From Thermoproteota archaeon (lineage in GTDB: Archaea; Korarchaeota; Korarchaeia; Korarchaeales; JAOZGB01): a DNA stretch of 64,000 bases. This document shows, one piece after another, positions 28,227 through 37,853 of this stretch. The stretch spans positions 96,001-160,000 of the forward strand of contig JAVCBU010000012.1 in assembly GCA_037917685.1 (NCBI GenBank), read 5' to 3'. How positions within the stretch are numbered: position 1 is the first letter of the stretch; each line of letters opens with the position of its first letter. Both the position numbers and the translations under genes were made by a program. The notes beneath the pieces are model-generated. The model was given only the letters and a program-made list of their open reading frames with translations. It searched no databases and was not told the DNA's origin.

Positions 28227-29804
28227 GTGTCTTGTTTGAAGTTTCTAATAGTAGATGCAACTGCCTCTGGAGAAGGCATTAAGCGTTCTGCCGTCGACGT
28301 GATTGGCGCAGGGTGCAGGGCGGTAGCTGGAGTCTTAGAGTCTTTCCAATGTGATTTTAGCATCGCACGTGTTGAGGATGTCTTAAGCCGTTCTTCTGCT
28401 TTCAAAGATTTTGATGTTGTTATGGTTAGCGCAATGTCTATGGATGAAGAGGCTGTCCGAAGAGTTGCCAGAATTTTTGGTGATAAGATTAAGATTTTAG
28501 GCGGGCCCATAACCTGCGATTCTGCAACTGTTAGAAAGCTCGGGTTTAACGTGGGTGTTTGGGGAGAGGGCGAGCATGTTGTATCAGGCATGCTTTCCTC
28601 CGGATTTTTCAACGAAGGAGACATAAATCTTCTACGGGGTGTTCCTAACATTGTTTTCCCAGATGGTAGTGTAAGTCGACGTGTTAGGCTTACACTTGAA
28701 GAATACAATAAGTATAGACCCTCTGTATTGGCGGTTAAGGGGTATTCCAAACTTCCAAATTATCGTGTGGCAAGGGTTTATGTTGAGGTTGAGCGTGGCT
28801 GCTCCAACTTTAACCGTGCTAGGATTCTTGCTGACGGTTCTGTTTGTCGTAGGTGTATGCGGTGTGATGGTTTGAGTTTTAGGGATAGGCTTGGGTGTCC
28901 TCAGGCTGTCCCACCGGGGTGTGGGTATTGTTCTATTCCGGCTGTTTATGGCTATCCGAAGTCTAAGAGTGAGGATATAATTTGTTATGAGGTTGAGGGT
29001 TTGATTAGGGCTGGCGTCAGACGTATCGTCTTGTCTGGGGCTGACTTCTTGGACTATGGACGGGAGGATGTTATAGATCCTCCTACCCATCCTTCCGCTG
29101 GTGGAGCTAACATTAGGAGGATAGAAAACCTTCTTAAGAGAGTTACGTCTATCCCGGAGGTTAGGAGTGGCCGTGTATACTTGTCAGTGGAGAATGTTAA
29201 GCCTTCTCTTTTGACGGAGGATGTTGCTGAATTGTTGGCTCGCTACCTGCCTAACAGTGTTATCCATGTGGGGATCGAAACAGGGGATGACGAGCATTCG
29301 GTTCTCCTCGGGAGGCCGTGTAAGGCGTCGGAAGCTGCGAAATCTGTTGAAAACGCGGTTAAGTATGGTCTTAGGGTGTACACGTATTTTATTCATGGCT
29401 TGCCGGGTCAGAGTATGAGGACTGCGAGGAAAACTGTTGGCATGATAGAAGCGTTTTATAGGCTTGGTGTGGAAAAGGTTACCATCTACCGTTTCAAACC
29501 CTTACCCGGCTCCGCCTTTCAAGATTTCAAACCTGCACCATCGGCCAAGCGTAATAAGGCATCGTCACTGATATGGTCAGCTGCCTACAGGTTTAACCTG
29601 GAGAGGAAGAGGCAGCTCGTTGGCAGGAGGCTTGTTGTTCTCTATGCCGGTAGAAGGGGGAAGTATGCGGTTGCCTATCCGCTTAGGGAGGGGCCAACCG
29701 TCTATGTCAAGGGAGTCCCAAGGCTCAAGGTTGGGGAAGAGTTCCAGGTCAGGGTTGCAGGTGTTATTTCTGACAGGCTGGTGATGGGTGTTTACGTTCC
29801 ATAG
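28227..29804 (+). CDS. B12-binding-like radical SAM protein with C-terminal TRAM-like domain
   Basis: ILGGP, GEGE, EVERGC...GCGYCS, GIETG, YFIHGLPGQ and FKPLPG. Confidence 0.85.
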   Translation: MSCLKFLIVDATASGEGIKRSAVDVIGAGCRAVAGVLESFQCDFSIARVEDVLSRSSAFKDFDVVMVSAMSMDEEAVRRVARIFGDKIKILGGPITCDSATVRKLGFNVGVWGEGEHVVSGMLSSGFFNEGDINLLRGVPNIVFPDGSVSRRVRLTLEEYNKYRPSVLAVKGYSKLPNYRVARVYVEVERGCSNFNRARILADGSVCRRCMRCDGLSFRDRLGCPQAVPPGCGYCSIPAVYGYPKSKSEDIICYEVEGLIRAGVRRIVLSGADFLDYGREDVIDPPTHPSAGGANIRRIENLLKRVTSIPEVRSGRVYLSVENVKPSLLTEDVAELLARYLPNSVIHVGIETGDDEHSVLLGRPCKASEAAKSVENAVKYGLRVYTYFIHGLPGQSMRTARKTVGMIEAFYRLGVEKVTIYRFKPLPGSAFQDFKPAPSAKRNKASSLIWSAAYRFNLERKRQLVGRRLVVLYAGRRGKYAVAYPLREGPTVYVKGVPRLKVGEEFQVRVAGVISDRLVMGVYVP

Positions 29805-30125
29805 CTATGGGTTTACGTGTTCGGATTCCTCTCTTTCGATTTTCATTCGGAAAATGTCCCCCACTGAGGGTCTCCCTAGCTTTACGAACTCGTCGTAGGT
29901 CAGGTTAACCACTATGTCTGGGATCTCGATTCTCCCGGACTGGACAGGGAGACCTATCGCGGAGAAAGCTCTCACTGTTGCGTCGACAATCGCATCGGTC
30001 ATTTCATCTGTGTATTCTGGATATGGAGGCTCAGGTTCTACCCTGGATATTTCCTTAAGGGCTATTGAAATTTTTTCTCCCATCGATCTAACGTTTACGA
30101 CCCTAAAGACTTTCTCAATCGCCAT
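29805..30125 (-). CDS. Arcadin-1-like small protein
   Basis: C-terminal VNLTYDEFVKLGRPSVGDIF resembles the arcadin-1 family; likely ATG at 30125. Confidence 0.5.
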   Translation of the reverse strand: MAIEKVFRVVNVRSMGEKISIALKEISRVEPEPPYPEYTDEMTDAIVDATVRAFSAIGLPVQSGRIEIPDIVVNLTYDEFVKLGRPSVGDIFRMKIEREESEHVNP

Positions 30126-30159
30126 GCTATATCCACTGGATAGATGGTTGTTAAGTGTT

Positions 30160-30402
30160 TTAAATTTTCTCAATTGGGGTGGCAAGGGCGGTTTCCGTTG
30201 AGAAGGCCTGCTGTAAGCTTAGAACCGCCCTTGAAGCAACCACTTCGTCCGTGGCTTCAAAAACGAAAAGAGCGTCGTACTTACCCATTAATAACAGCAT
30301 ATGATGAACCTTGACGTTTTCCGACCGCTTAAATTTTTCCATCGCATCCTTCAGCTCCTCTATACTATTTGTTCTAACTTTTGCAAGTGTAACAAACAGC
30401 AC
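30160..30402 (-). CDS. GYD domain protein
   Basis: LFVTLAK...MGKYDALFVFEA...TETALA; likely GTG start at 30402. Confidence 0.75.
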   Translation of the reverse strand: MLFVTLAKVRTNSIEELKDAMEKFKRSENVKVHHMLLLMGKYDALFVFEATDEVVASRAVLSLQQAFSTETALATPIEKI

Positions 30403-30641
30403 CGCTTGACACCTTCCACTAAGCTGGAAAATATAAAATAAAAAGGTAATATTTAAAGATCCACCGATCATGCTTGGAGTTATCATCCGGCATAAGTTTG
30501 TTACAAGACAGATGGGAATGGAAGAAATATAGAATTTTAGACTCCAGGGTTGTCTGGTCGGTTGGTTAGACCAGGCGATATTGGATGTCTACCATTCTGT
30601 TTTTAATTTTATCATGGGTGTTAAGGTTTATCTGGTGATTA

Positions 30642-31877
30642 ATGATGAACAGGGATGATGTTCATTTGGGGGTTTGTAAATTACACATAGGTTCTATTTC
30701 CTCCCATGCAGGTGATCTTTCGGAGTTAGAAGTGCATCTAGAGACTATCTATGCTCTCTCATCCTATTATGGAGAGGTTCGCTTTCCTAGGATTAGCTAT
30801 AGGCAAGTTTTTTATGATAATTTTATAGATGTGCTCATGAGGGATGATGACGGGTTCCTGGCAGCTGCTAGGCCCATCTCGGCTCCTGCAATGGGGGATA
30901 TAGGGGTAGGCCTTGGCCTCTCTGCTCTGGCTATCCATGTGGGGGGGTTTGACCCTATATGGGATGTTGCAACCCTACCTGACACCCCGATAGCTAAGAC
31001 ACCTGACCTCCTTATATATCCTCGAGAAGAGGATGGAAGTTTTGTAGTGGAGTCTAAGGCCACCACCCACTTCGAAAATCTACGGGCAATGTTTGACAGA
31101 GCATGGTTGCAACTTAGAGGCCCGTATGCAAGATGCGCCAGCCAGCTTTACTCAACGGTCTCCTATATTCGCATCGCCGATAAGCCCGGCCCAAAAACAG
31201 TGGTGAACATAGACAGTTCAGGGTATACTCGTTCCCGGAAATGCACCGTAGACCTTGCAAGGTCCCAGTTGATAAACCTTTCCGACTGGATTAACCCCTC
31301 AGACTCTCTTATGCTTGTAAGACAGTATGTATGGTCGTTGAAGGGTGTTAAGAAGCCCGATATTACTCTTAATATGTCAGGTTCCTCCTTGACTCTTAAC
31401 TTTTTAAACATCTACGCTGGACCTTCCGATCTGAAATGTAACGTTAAGGTGAGTTTCCAAAGGGAGGGGTTCGCAACGGTTAAGGTGGCACCTGACGTAC
31501 ACTACTACCTTGAAGAGGCGCTTGAGGAGTCGCCTGGAAGCGAACCGAAAATAATTGTTTCTGCAAGAGACGCCATACGTGAAGCAGCAAAACCTGCACA
31601 GGAGTTATATGCTGAGTACGTGTCTATATTCGACTGTGAAACCGTTAAGTTAGCGGTAGGTGATAGGTCGATAGGAGCATTCTTTAAAAACAAGCTACAC
31701 GGGTTTGCCCTTAGCAACGGAGTCATGAGGATGCGTATGCCTTGCAGGGAAGCTTTATCACTTGATGACTGGGCCTGGGCTGCATCTGTTATAAAGGAGA
31801 ACCTTCCCAATAGTCAAGAGATTTCTTTTAAAGATTTCTTAATGCTTCTAAAGGATCTTATAGGATCCATTTGCTAA
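30642..31877 (+). CDS. Hypothetical protein with PD-(D/E)XK nuclease-like domain
   Basis: GDIG...KTPDLL...FVVESKAT...AWLQL motif set. Confidence 0.6.
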   Translation: MMNRDDVHLGVCKLHIGSISSHAGDLSELEVHLETIYALSSYYGEVRFPRISYRQVFYDNFIDVLMRDDDGFLAAARPISAPAMGDIGVGLGLSALAIHVGGFDPIWDVATLPDTPIAKTPDLLIYPREEDGSFVVESKATTHFENLRAMFDRAWLQLRGPYARCASQLYSTVSYIRIADKPGPKTVVNIDSSGYTRSRKCTVDLARSQLINLSDWINPSDSLMLVRQYVWSLKGVKKPDITLNMSGSSLTLNFLNIYAGPSDLKCNVKVSFQREGFATVKVAPDVHYYLEEALEESPGSEPKIIVSARDAIREAAKPAQELYAEYVSIFDCETVKLAVGDRSIGAFFKNKLHGFALSNGVMRMRMPCREALSLDDWAWAASVIKENLPNSQEISFKDFLMLLKDLIGSIC

Positions 31878-31947
31878 CATTTGATGTGTAACTGCATAGA
31901 ATAAATTTAAATGGTGACGGGAATCTGAAGCGGTGAGGTGTACAGCC

Positions 31948-32634
31948 ATGGCTGAAGAGATAAAAGAAGTTGAGAAGATACTGAGGCCGCCCGAAAAGGT
32001 TATGCCTCCCTATCCCCCTAAGGTTATAACATTGAAGAATGGGGAGAAGATGGTTGTCCGGCAGGTGGCCAGAGAAGAGGCTTTAAAGCTTCTCGATGCT
32101 ATAAGGCCGGTGATATGGGTTGACAAAGACTATTATGACATTGTCGGGGCAAGGACCTATGCAGAGCTACTTGGATGGTATAGATATAGGGTTAGAGATG
32201 AATATGCCCTTGTAGGCCTTGTAAACGGAGAACTCTATGGAATTGTGAACGGTAGAATACTAGACGAAAATGTCGGGATAAGTTACCATACGCTGGCTTT
32301 AAAGAGAGGTCTTAGAGTGGAAGCTAACCTATTTGCCGCTAAAATGGAGTACCATATTGAGTACCTCGGCCAGAAAGAAGTATGGATAACCGCTGAAAGC
32401 CCGATCGGATTCAGAAGGTGGATGCTAACATGGAGGCTTGAGGAGAAGCCTGGAGTACAACACGAGCTAGGCGGGGCTAAAACATGGGTCTTAACAAGGG
32501 AAAACTACTTCAAGGTTAGAGACGAGCTTGTGAAAGGTGAAAGACCTGTACCTGAGGACCTTCTGAAGACGGCAGAGAGGATATATGTTCCACCGCAACA
32601 AAAGATAATTAGAAGGGTAATGGGCCTCGAATAA
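31948..32634 (+). CDS. GNAT-like N-acetyltransferase
   Basis: DYYDIVGARTYAELLGW, SYHT, KMEY, AESPIG and QHELGG; GAGGTG SD before ATG 31948. Confidence 0.65.
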   Translation: MAEEIKEVEKILRPPEKVMPPYPPKVITLKNGEKMVVRQVAREEALKLLDAIRPVIWVDKDYYDIVGARTYAELLGWYRYRVRDEYALVGLVNGELYGIVNGRILDENVGISYHTLALKRGLRVEANLFAAKMEYHIEYLGQKEVWITAESPIGFRRWMLTWRLEEKPGVQHELGGAKTWVLTRENYFKVRDELVKGERPVPEDLLKTAERIYVPPQQKIIRRVMGLE

Positions 32635-32712
32635 AAACCCACTCTTATTTTCGATAATTTCAAAACGATTACGCAGAATAATTTTTTAAGGCTCAAATCC
32701 AAAAATTAGGGG

Positions 32713-33945
32713 ATGCCTGAGTACTCGCTATTTGAGCTTGTAACCTTAGACCTCGCGGGGTTTGAAAGGTCAGTTGCCACGAGTGCCGTGAAGAGAATAG
32801 GGTTTGATGGCTCGTCTGTTAAGGGCTTCACACCCATAGAGAACAGCGATTTAGAACTTGCACCCGATTCCACCGTCGTACATCTCCCAGGCAAGGATGG
32901 AAGGGCAATCGTGGTGTGCGATGTTGAGAGAAGAGGAAAGCTCTACGATGGAAGCCCCCGGACAATGCTTAAAAAGACGATGCAAGAACTATCCGAAAAG
33001 GGTTATAGATTTAAAGTTGCATTTGAACCTGAATTCTTTCTCCTAGACCCTGAAAGCCTGAAACCCGTAGATAACAGGGACTATTTTAGACATGTGTATG
33101 ATGAAAGAGTGAGAGTATTCCTAAGGGATGCCATTGCATGGTGTAAAGAGGCTAATATCCCATTCTTCAAGTTTCACCATGAAGTAGCCGAGGGCCAGTT
33201 CGAATTTAACATTGAAAAAGCAAACCCTCTTAGAGCATGCGATAACCTGGTCATACTTAGAATGGCATTGAAAGAGATAGCCTGGAGTAACGGTTTAAGG
33301 CTGACTTTCATGCCTAAACCATTCATCGGTATAAATGGAAGCGGAATGCACTTCCATATAAGCGTGTATAAGGGCGACCGATGCCTTTTTGAGGTTAAGG
33401 ACGGCAGGCTTCCTAGGGAGGCTCTAAACTTCATAGCTGGAGTGTTAACGCATGCGAGAGAGCTAAGTAGCATTGCCTCGCCTACTGTTAACTCATATAA
33501 AAGGCTTATACCAGGCTTTGAGGCACCAGTCTACCTTACATGGGGATTTAGTAACAGATCATGTCTGGTAAGGGTTCCATATTATGGTGATGGCCCTACA
33601 AGAATGGAATACAGACATCCTGACCCCTATGGAAACCCATATCTTATCTGTGCAACTGTCGCCTTAGCTGGTGTCATGGGAATAGAGGAGGATTTAAGCC
33701 CTCCTAGCGCTGCTGACTTCAACGTTTACCGTAGAAAGGGAGAGTTCAGGTCTCTCCCTGGAAGCTTAGGGGAGGCTTTACAAGTATCGGCATCTTCAAG
33801 TCTGCTTAGGAACATTATGGGAGACAATCTTGAGAGGTATAAGGATATTAAAAGTCGTGAATGGGAGGAATATCTCGGAGAGGCTGGAGGCTGGGAGGAG
33901 ACGCGATTTAAAATCCTAGACTGGGAGTACCAAAAATACCTATAA
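32713..33945 (+). CDS. glnA: Glutamine synthetase type I family protein
   Basis: FDGSS, EPEFF, HHEVAEGQFE, TFMPKP, NGSGMH, NSYKRL, GFEAP, NRS and EYR. Confidence 0.85.
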   Translation: MPEYSLFELVTLDLAGFERSVATSAVKRIGFDGSSVKGFTPIENSDLELAPDSTVVHLPGKDGRAIVVCDVERRGKLYDGSPRTMLKKTMQELSEKGYRFKVAFEPEFFLLDPESLKPVDNRDYFRHVYDERVRVFLRDAIAWCKEANIPFFKFHHEVAEGQFEFNIEKANPLRACDNLVILRMALKEIAWSNGLRLTFMPKPFIGINGSGMHFHISVYKGDRCLFEVKDGRLPREALNFIAGVLTHARELSSIASPTVNSYKRLIPGFEAPVYLTWGFSNRSCLVRVPYYGDGPTRMEYRHPDPYGNPYLICATVALAGVMGIEEDLSPPSAADFNVYRRKGEFRSLPGSLGEALQVSASSSLLRNIMGDNLERYKDIKSREWEEYLGEAGGWEETRFKILDWEYQKYL

Positions 33946-33978
33946 GCTTAATAGATGAGCTAGTAATAGGAACCATGT

Positions 33979-34854
33979 ATGCATCCCCCTATCTTACTTC
34001 TTGTTATCATCAAATGCCTCAGCGTTGCTCAGCCAACCGTTGAATATCTGCATGTATCTGTTGACTATTATGATGGCTTTACCTCAGTAACCAATATCAT
34101 AGGTTTAAAGGGGTGGTCTGGAGAGTTTAACGTGACAATCTGCGTTGCGAGGAGCTCTATGTCTATGTTAGAGGTTCTGGTAAATGGTGAACCGGTTGAA
34201 TATAGAACTGTTGAGTTGGAGGGGGCCACGGCCTTTCTAATTCCTTTTAATGGAGACGGAGAAATAAGTATAAGCTTCGTTTCAGACTATCTGGTTGGTA
34301 AAGCCTTGGATACATGGAGTATCAGCTACAGGATTATAGTTGAAACCCCTGCATGGGAGGTTACAGCCACACTCAGGCTTCCAGCCTTATCAGCACTCAC
34401 AAGTTTTAATAGCACTGGAAGCTTGAGGATCGTCCATTCAACTGACTACTTAACTCTCGTATTACTTGACTCTATGAAGGAGACCCTTGATTTCACGTTC
34501 TTCTTCACAAGAAAGCCCACAATTGAGAGCCTCCTAAACGAGTTCCTACCGCTAATCGGGGCGGCTGGATTATCGTTCCTTGCCGGACTTATAATCGCCC
34601 TTAAGATTAGAAAACCCGCATTAGAGACTGCCTTAGAGCTTCTTCCAAGAAATGAAGCCTTCATAGTGAGGCTTATAGATGAGGCAGGCCCGTTGACACA
34701 GTCTGATATACAACGGGCGATGAAAATACCAAAGTCAAGCCTGTCAAGAATTCTTGAGTCAATGGAGGAAAGGGGTGTGATAAAACGAATTCCTTACAGT
34801 GGAAGTAAACTTGTCATGCCTGGTCCGAAGGTAAAGAAGATAAAGGGTAGGTAG
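33979..34854 (+). CDS. Membrane-anchored transcriptional regulator (external domain, TM, C-terminal wHTH; COG2512-like)
   Basis: Signal, beta-rich ectodomain, TM, then TQSDIQRAMKIPKSSLSRILESMEERG. Confidence 0.8.
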   Translation: MHPPILLLVIIKCLSVAQPTVEYLHVSVDYYDGFTSVTNIIGLKGWSGEFNVTICVARSSMSMLEVLVNGEPVEYRTVELEGATAFLIPFNGDGEISISFVSDYLVGKALDTWSISYRIIVETPAWEVTATLRLPALSALTSFNSTGSLRIVHSTDYLTLVLLDSMKETLDFTFFFTRKPTIESLLNEFLPLIGAAGLSFLAGLIIALKIRKPALETALELLPRNEAFIVRLIDEAGPLTQSDIQRAMKIPKSSLSRILESMEERGVIKRIPYSGSKLVMPGPKVKKIKGR

Positions 34855-34905
34855 GTTCACCCATTATTTATATACTGTTCCATAATGGAGAGATTTAGAG
34901 TATAA

Positions 34906-35409
34906 ATGAATGGGAATAACCGAAATATTAACTACAAGCTTCTCGTTCTAGCAGTTGCCACGGTAGTAGGACTTTCAATACTTCAATTGTACATTGCTGA
35001 CAAGATGCTTTCTCAGGTTCCAAAGCGAAGAGCGGATTTTCTCAGGAGACTAGCTGGATACACGCCTGAAGAGTGGGTTGTCAGGAGAGGTCAGAATATT
35101 CTCATAGCTTCCGGTCCCGGAGGGTTTGTATCCCTTTACGGGCGGGATGTAAACCTCCTAGTAGAAAGCGGAGTGGTTACCTTTAGTGTTAGAGATAAGA
35201 AATTATATGTCGATGTTTCCTTGACTGGTGAAGCATACATTTCGAGAAAGGCTTTTTCAAAGAGTTATATAGTGTTCTCATTATCGCGGGGTGACGCCCG
35301 GTACAGGCTAATTATAGCTTCTCCAATGGCTGGGTATAACATAGAAAGGATTAATGGTGGTGTTGAGATAAGTAACCAGTATCTTGTAGTAAGAATAAGT
35401 AGGGGGTGA
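34906..35409 (+). CDS. Hypothetical protein with N-terminal membrane anchor
   Basis: 167 aa with an N-terminal TM; GTGA overlap with the next gene. Confidence 0.6.
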   Translation: MNGNNRNINYKLLVLAVATVVGLSILQLYIADKMLSQVPKRRADFLRRLAGYTPEEWVVRRGQNILIASGPGGFVSLYGRDVNLLVESGVVTFSVRDKKLYVDVSLTGEAYISRKAFSKSYIVFSLSRGDARYRLIIASPMAGYNIERINGGVEISNQYLVVRISRG

Positions 35410-35978
35410 TATGTATGAGTATTACCGAAAGAATGGGGGGAATCTTGTTATTAAGAGAGGAATCTTATAGAGACGCCCTCGAAAAGGGAACCATTGCGGA
35501 GGCTGCATCTCTAGCCATAATAGCTGTCGCTGTTTCAGCATTCTTCGGATTTATAGGCCTCGGCTTCTATGTTAGGAGGAGTCCGATTCAGCTGTTCAGA
35601 AGACTAACCGTAGCCTTCATACCTGTGAGGTTCAGTGTTCCCATAGAAATTGTTTTTTGGATAGGATGGTGGACAGTATGGACCCTGATAATAGGTGGAC
35701 TATCCATAACTCTTGGAGGAGAGCGTAACCTGGAGGGATTCATGAAACTTACCGGTTACTCGATGTTTCCACATATCCTTGGTGTTGCAAGAATAATACC
35801 ATTCCTTGGTAGGCCCGTATACTTCCTTGCACTTCTATGGAGCCTTGCTTGCTGGATATACTCCACAAAGACAGCGTTTAATCTGAGGGCTGAAAAAACT
35901 GTTATAGTATATCTGTTGGCATTCATAATCCTCATTGTTGGAGGATTCACTATAATGGCTGTCATCAGACTCGCATAG
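35406..35978 (+). CDS. Yip1 family membrane protein
   Basis: About 5 TMs; LGG..., GYSMFPHIL and IPFLG motifs. Confidence 0.75.
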   Translation: MICMSITERMGGILLLREESYRDALEKGTIAEAASLAIIAVAVSAFFGFIGLGFYVRRSPIQLFRRLTVAFIPVRFSVPIEIVFWIGWWTVWTLIIGGLSITLGGERNLEGFMKLTGYSMFPHILGVARIIPFLGRPVYFLALLWSLACWIYSTKTAFNLRAEKTVIVYLLAFIILIVGGFTIMAVIRLA

Positions 35979-36026
35979 ATTCCACCCACCTTTTTTATTA
36001 GACACTTTGACACCCATAGTATAGGG

Positions 36027-37853
36027 ATGAAAAGATATGTTGCCATGGTAATATTTGTAGCAACGCTATCAACCCTAATACTCTATAGGTCTTTTCCGAA
36101 GAGAAAGATGCTGCTTGAGGAGACTGTTGATCTGTATTTGAAGCCTTACTGGACGACTGGAATTAAAGGCTTTATAACGTCGAAAATAGATAGGGAAGCT
36201 GTCAATCTTGCGTATAAGTGCGGTTTTAACCTCATCATACTCGATGGTTCCGGGGAAGCCCCGTCTCTTCTACTCTGCGGTCAGAGAACTGTGTTGTTGA
36301 TCCATGCCTCCGAACTTAGCCGTAGAAAGATACCTGAATGTATAGATGGCCTGTTTATACTATGGGACAGTAACCCCAAAGTTGAAACCGTAGAAAGCCT
36401 CGCATGTGTATTAGACATTGTAATGGCATTTTCAAAGAATCTGTACCAATTAGATGGATACCCAGTAATTCCATGTACAGCAGATATGAGTTTCAAAGAT
36501 GCTGTTCTCGTTACCAGCCATATCGATGCCGGGGTTTTAGAATATGCAGCCACAAGTATGCTTGGCTTTATCCTAAACACTAGTCTGGAGGATATCAGGA
36601 GTAATCAAGATCTCCTTAGGATTTTAGCTGGGCCAAGGCCGACGCTTAACCTTTCAATAGTCAGCGTCCAGTTTTACGAATGTTTAAGGAACGACGCCGG
36701 CACGGTTGAGAATCTTACGTTTTATATGCCTCTCCCAAGGGTAGATGACAGGCAGGTGATCCTATGGATTGAGGCATCTGGGAGAACTAACGAGACGCTT
36801 GTAAACGTAAGAATAGAGTCTATTAAGAGGGATGAGTGGGGTAATAACTATGCAAAGATATCAGTTGGGAAATTCCCAGAAAATAGTATATTATGTGTAA
36901 ATCTTACATGCAAAGTGCTTACAAGATACTTATCATATGATTACCTTGACCACTATAACTTTGAGGTTCCAGGGGAGTATCCGGAACCGGTTAGGATATT
37001 TTTAAACTCGTCTTTGAACGTTGAAGCAGATCATCCAGAACTTGTAGAGAAGGCGTGGAATATTACAACGGGCATGGATAATCCCTTGGAGATAGCAAAA
37101 AGTTTCGCCCAATACGTCACCTGGAATGTCAGACCCGTCGACCTTAAACCGTGGGAGGGCGTCAGCGCCCTTAAAACTCTAAGGGAAGGATGGGGCCTAT
37201 GTGTTAGGAGATCCTATTTAATAGTCGGTCTTCTGCGTGCAAGAGGGATCCCGGCGAGGCTTTTGTGGGTTGTCCCAGCAAGCCCTGAGGGAGGGTCGAG
37301 TTATACCCACTGCATCCCTATAGTATACCTGCATCTCTATGGGTGGGTTCCAATAGAGCCTATTTACGGCGTTGTCCCGGAAACAATTCATACAATCCCC
37401 TCCGGAAGCGTATACGTATATTACTGGCTTGGCAGCCTGGACGATGAGTCTCTAAGTGATTCTTCAGGGCTAATTTGGCCTTTTCATAAACCTAGGGAGG
37501 CCTTTAAATGCAGCCACACAGGTATAGCGCCTATTGAACCCGTACTCTCATATGGAAGGTATATGCCAGGACAGTACGGAATTGTCATAAAGAGGTTCAC
37601 CTCATGTATCGACTGGTGGAAACTGGCTGAAATTTCACGTCTTCTCCTCGAGACAGCTGGATCGAAAGAGTTTGAAAGCCTCAGGGAGTACTTTTCACTG
37701 ATTAAAAACCTGGATGCTGCTGATAATCCAGGCAGTCTTGTTGAGGAAGCCTATTTTCTCCTTTTCGGCTGTCATGGGATAAGCTTCGGGGATATGAACG
37801 TTTCGATGACCGCGGCGATAAGAAATGGAACTATACTTCCAGCGATCAGGTAG
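36027..37853 (+). CDS. Secreted/membrane-anchored transglutaminase-like protein
   Basis: SALKTL...GLC...LLRARGIPAR...HC...GWVPIEP (Cys-His-acidic triad); N-terminal anchor. Confidence 0.8.
   Translation: MKRYVAMVIFVATLSTLILYRSFPKRKMLLEETVDLYLKPYWTTGIKGFITSKIDREAVNLAYKCGFNLIILDGSGEAPSLLLCGQRTVLLIHASELSRRKIPECIDGLFILWDSNPKVETVESLACVLDIVMAFSKNLYQLDGYPVIPCTADMSFKDAVLVTSHIDAGVLEYAATSMLGFILNTSLEDIRSNQDLLRILAGPRPTLNLSIVSVQFYECLRNDAGTVENLTFYMPLPRVDDRQVILWIEASGRTNETLVNVRIESIKRDEWGNNYAKISVGKFPENSILCVNLTCKVLTRYLSYDYLDHYNFEVPGEYPEPVRIFLNSSLNVEADHPELVEKAWNITTGMDNPLEIAKSFAQYVTWNVRPVDLKPWEGVSALKTLREGWGLCVRRSYLIVGLLRARGIPARLLWVVPASPEGGSSYTHCIPIVYLHLYGWVPIEPIYGVVPETIHTIPSGSVYVYYWLGSLDDESLSDSSGLIWPFHKPREAFKCSHTGIAPIEPVLSYGRYMPGQYGIVIKRFTSCIDWWKLAEISRLLLETAGSKEFESLREYFSLIKNLDAADNPGSLVEEAYFLLFGCHGISFGDMNVSMTAAIRNGTILPAIR

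Noticed and set aside
30550-30578. Hairpin TTGTCTGGTC...GACCAGGCGA upstream of the nuclease-like gene
   Set aside because: Single short stem with G-U pairs and no T-tract or other RNA features; insufficient for a call
37772-37853. 82-bp convergent overlap of the transglutaminase and SpoIIM genes
   Set aside because: Most simply a stop-codon extension; convergent overlaps recur in this compact window
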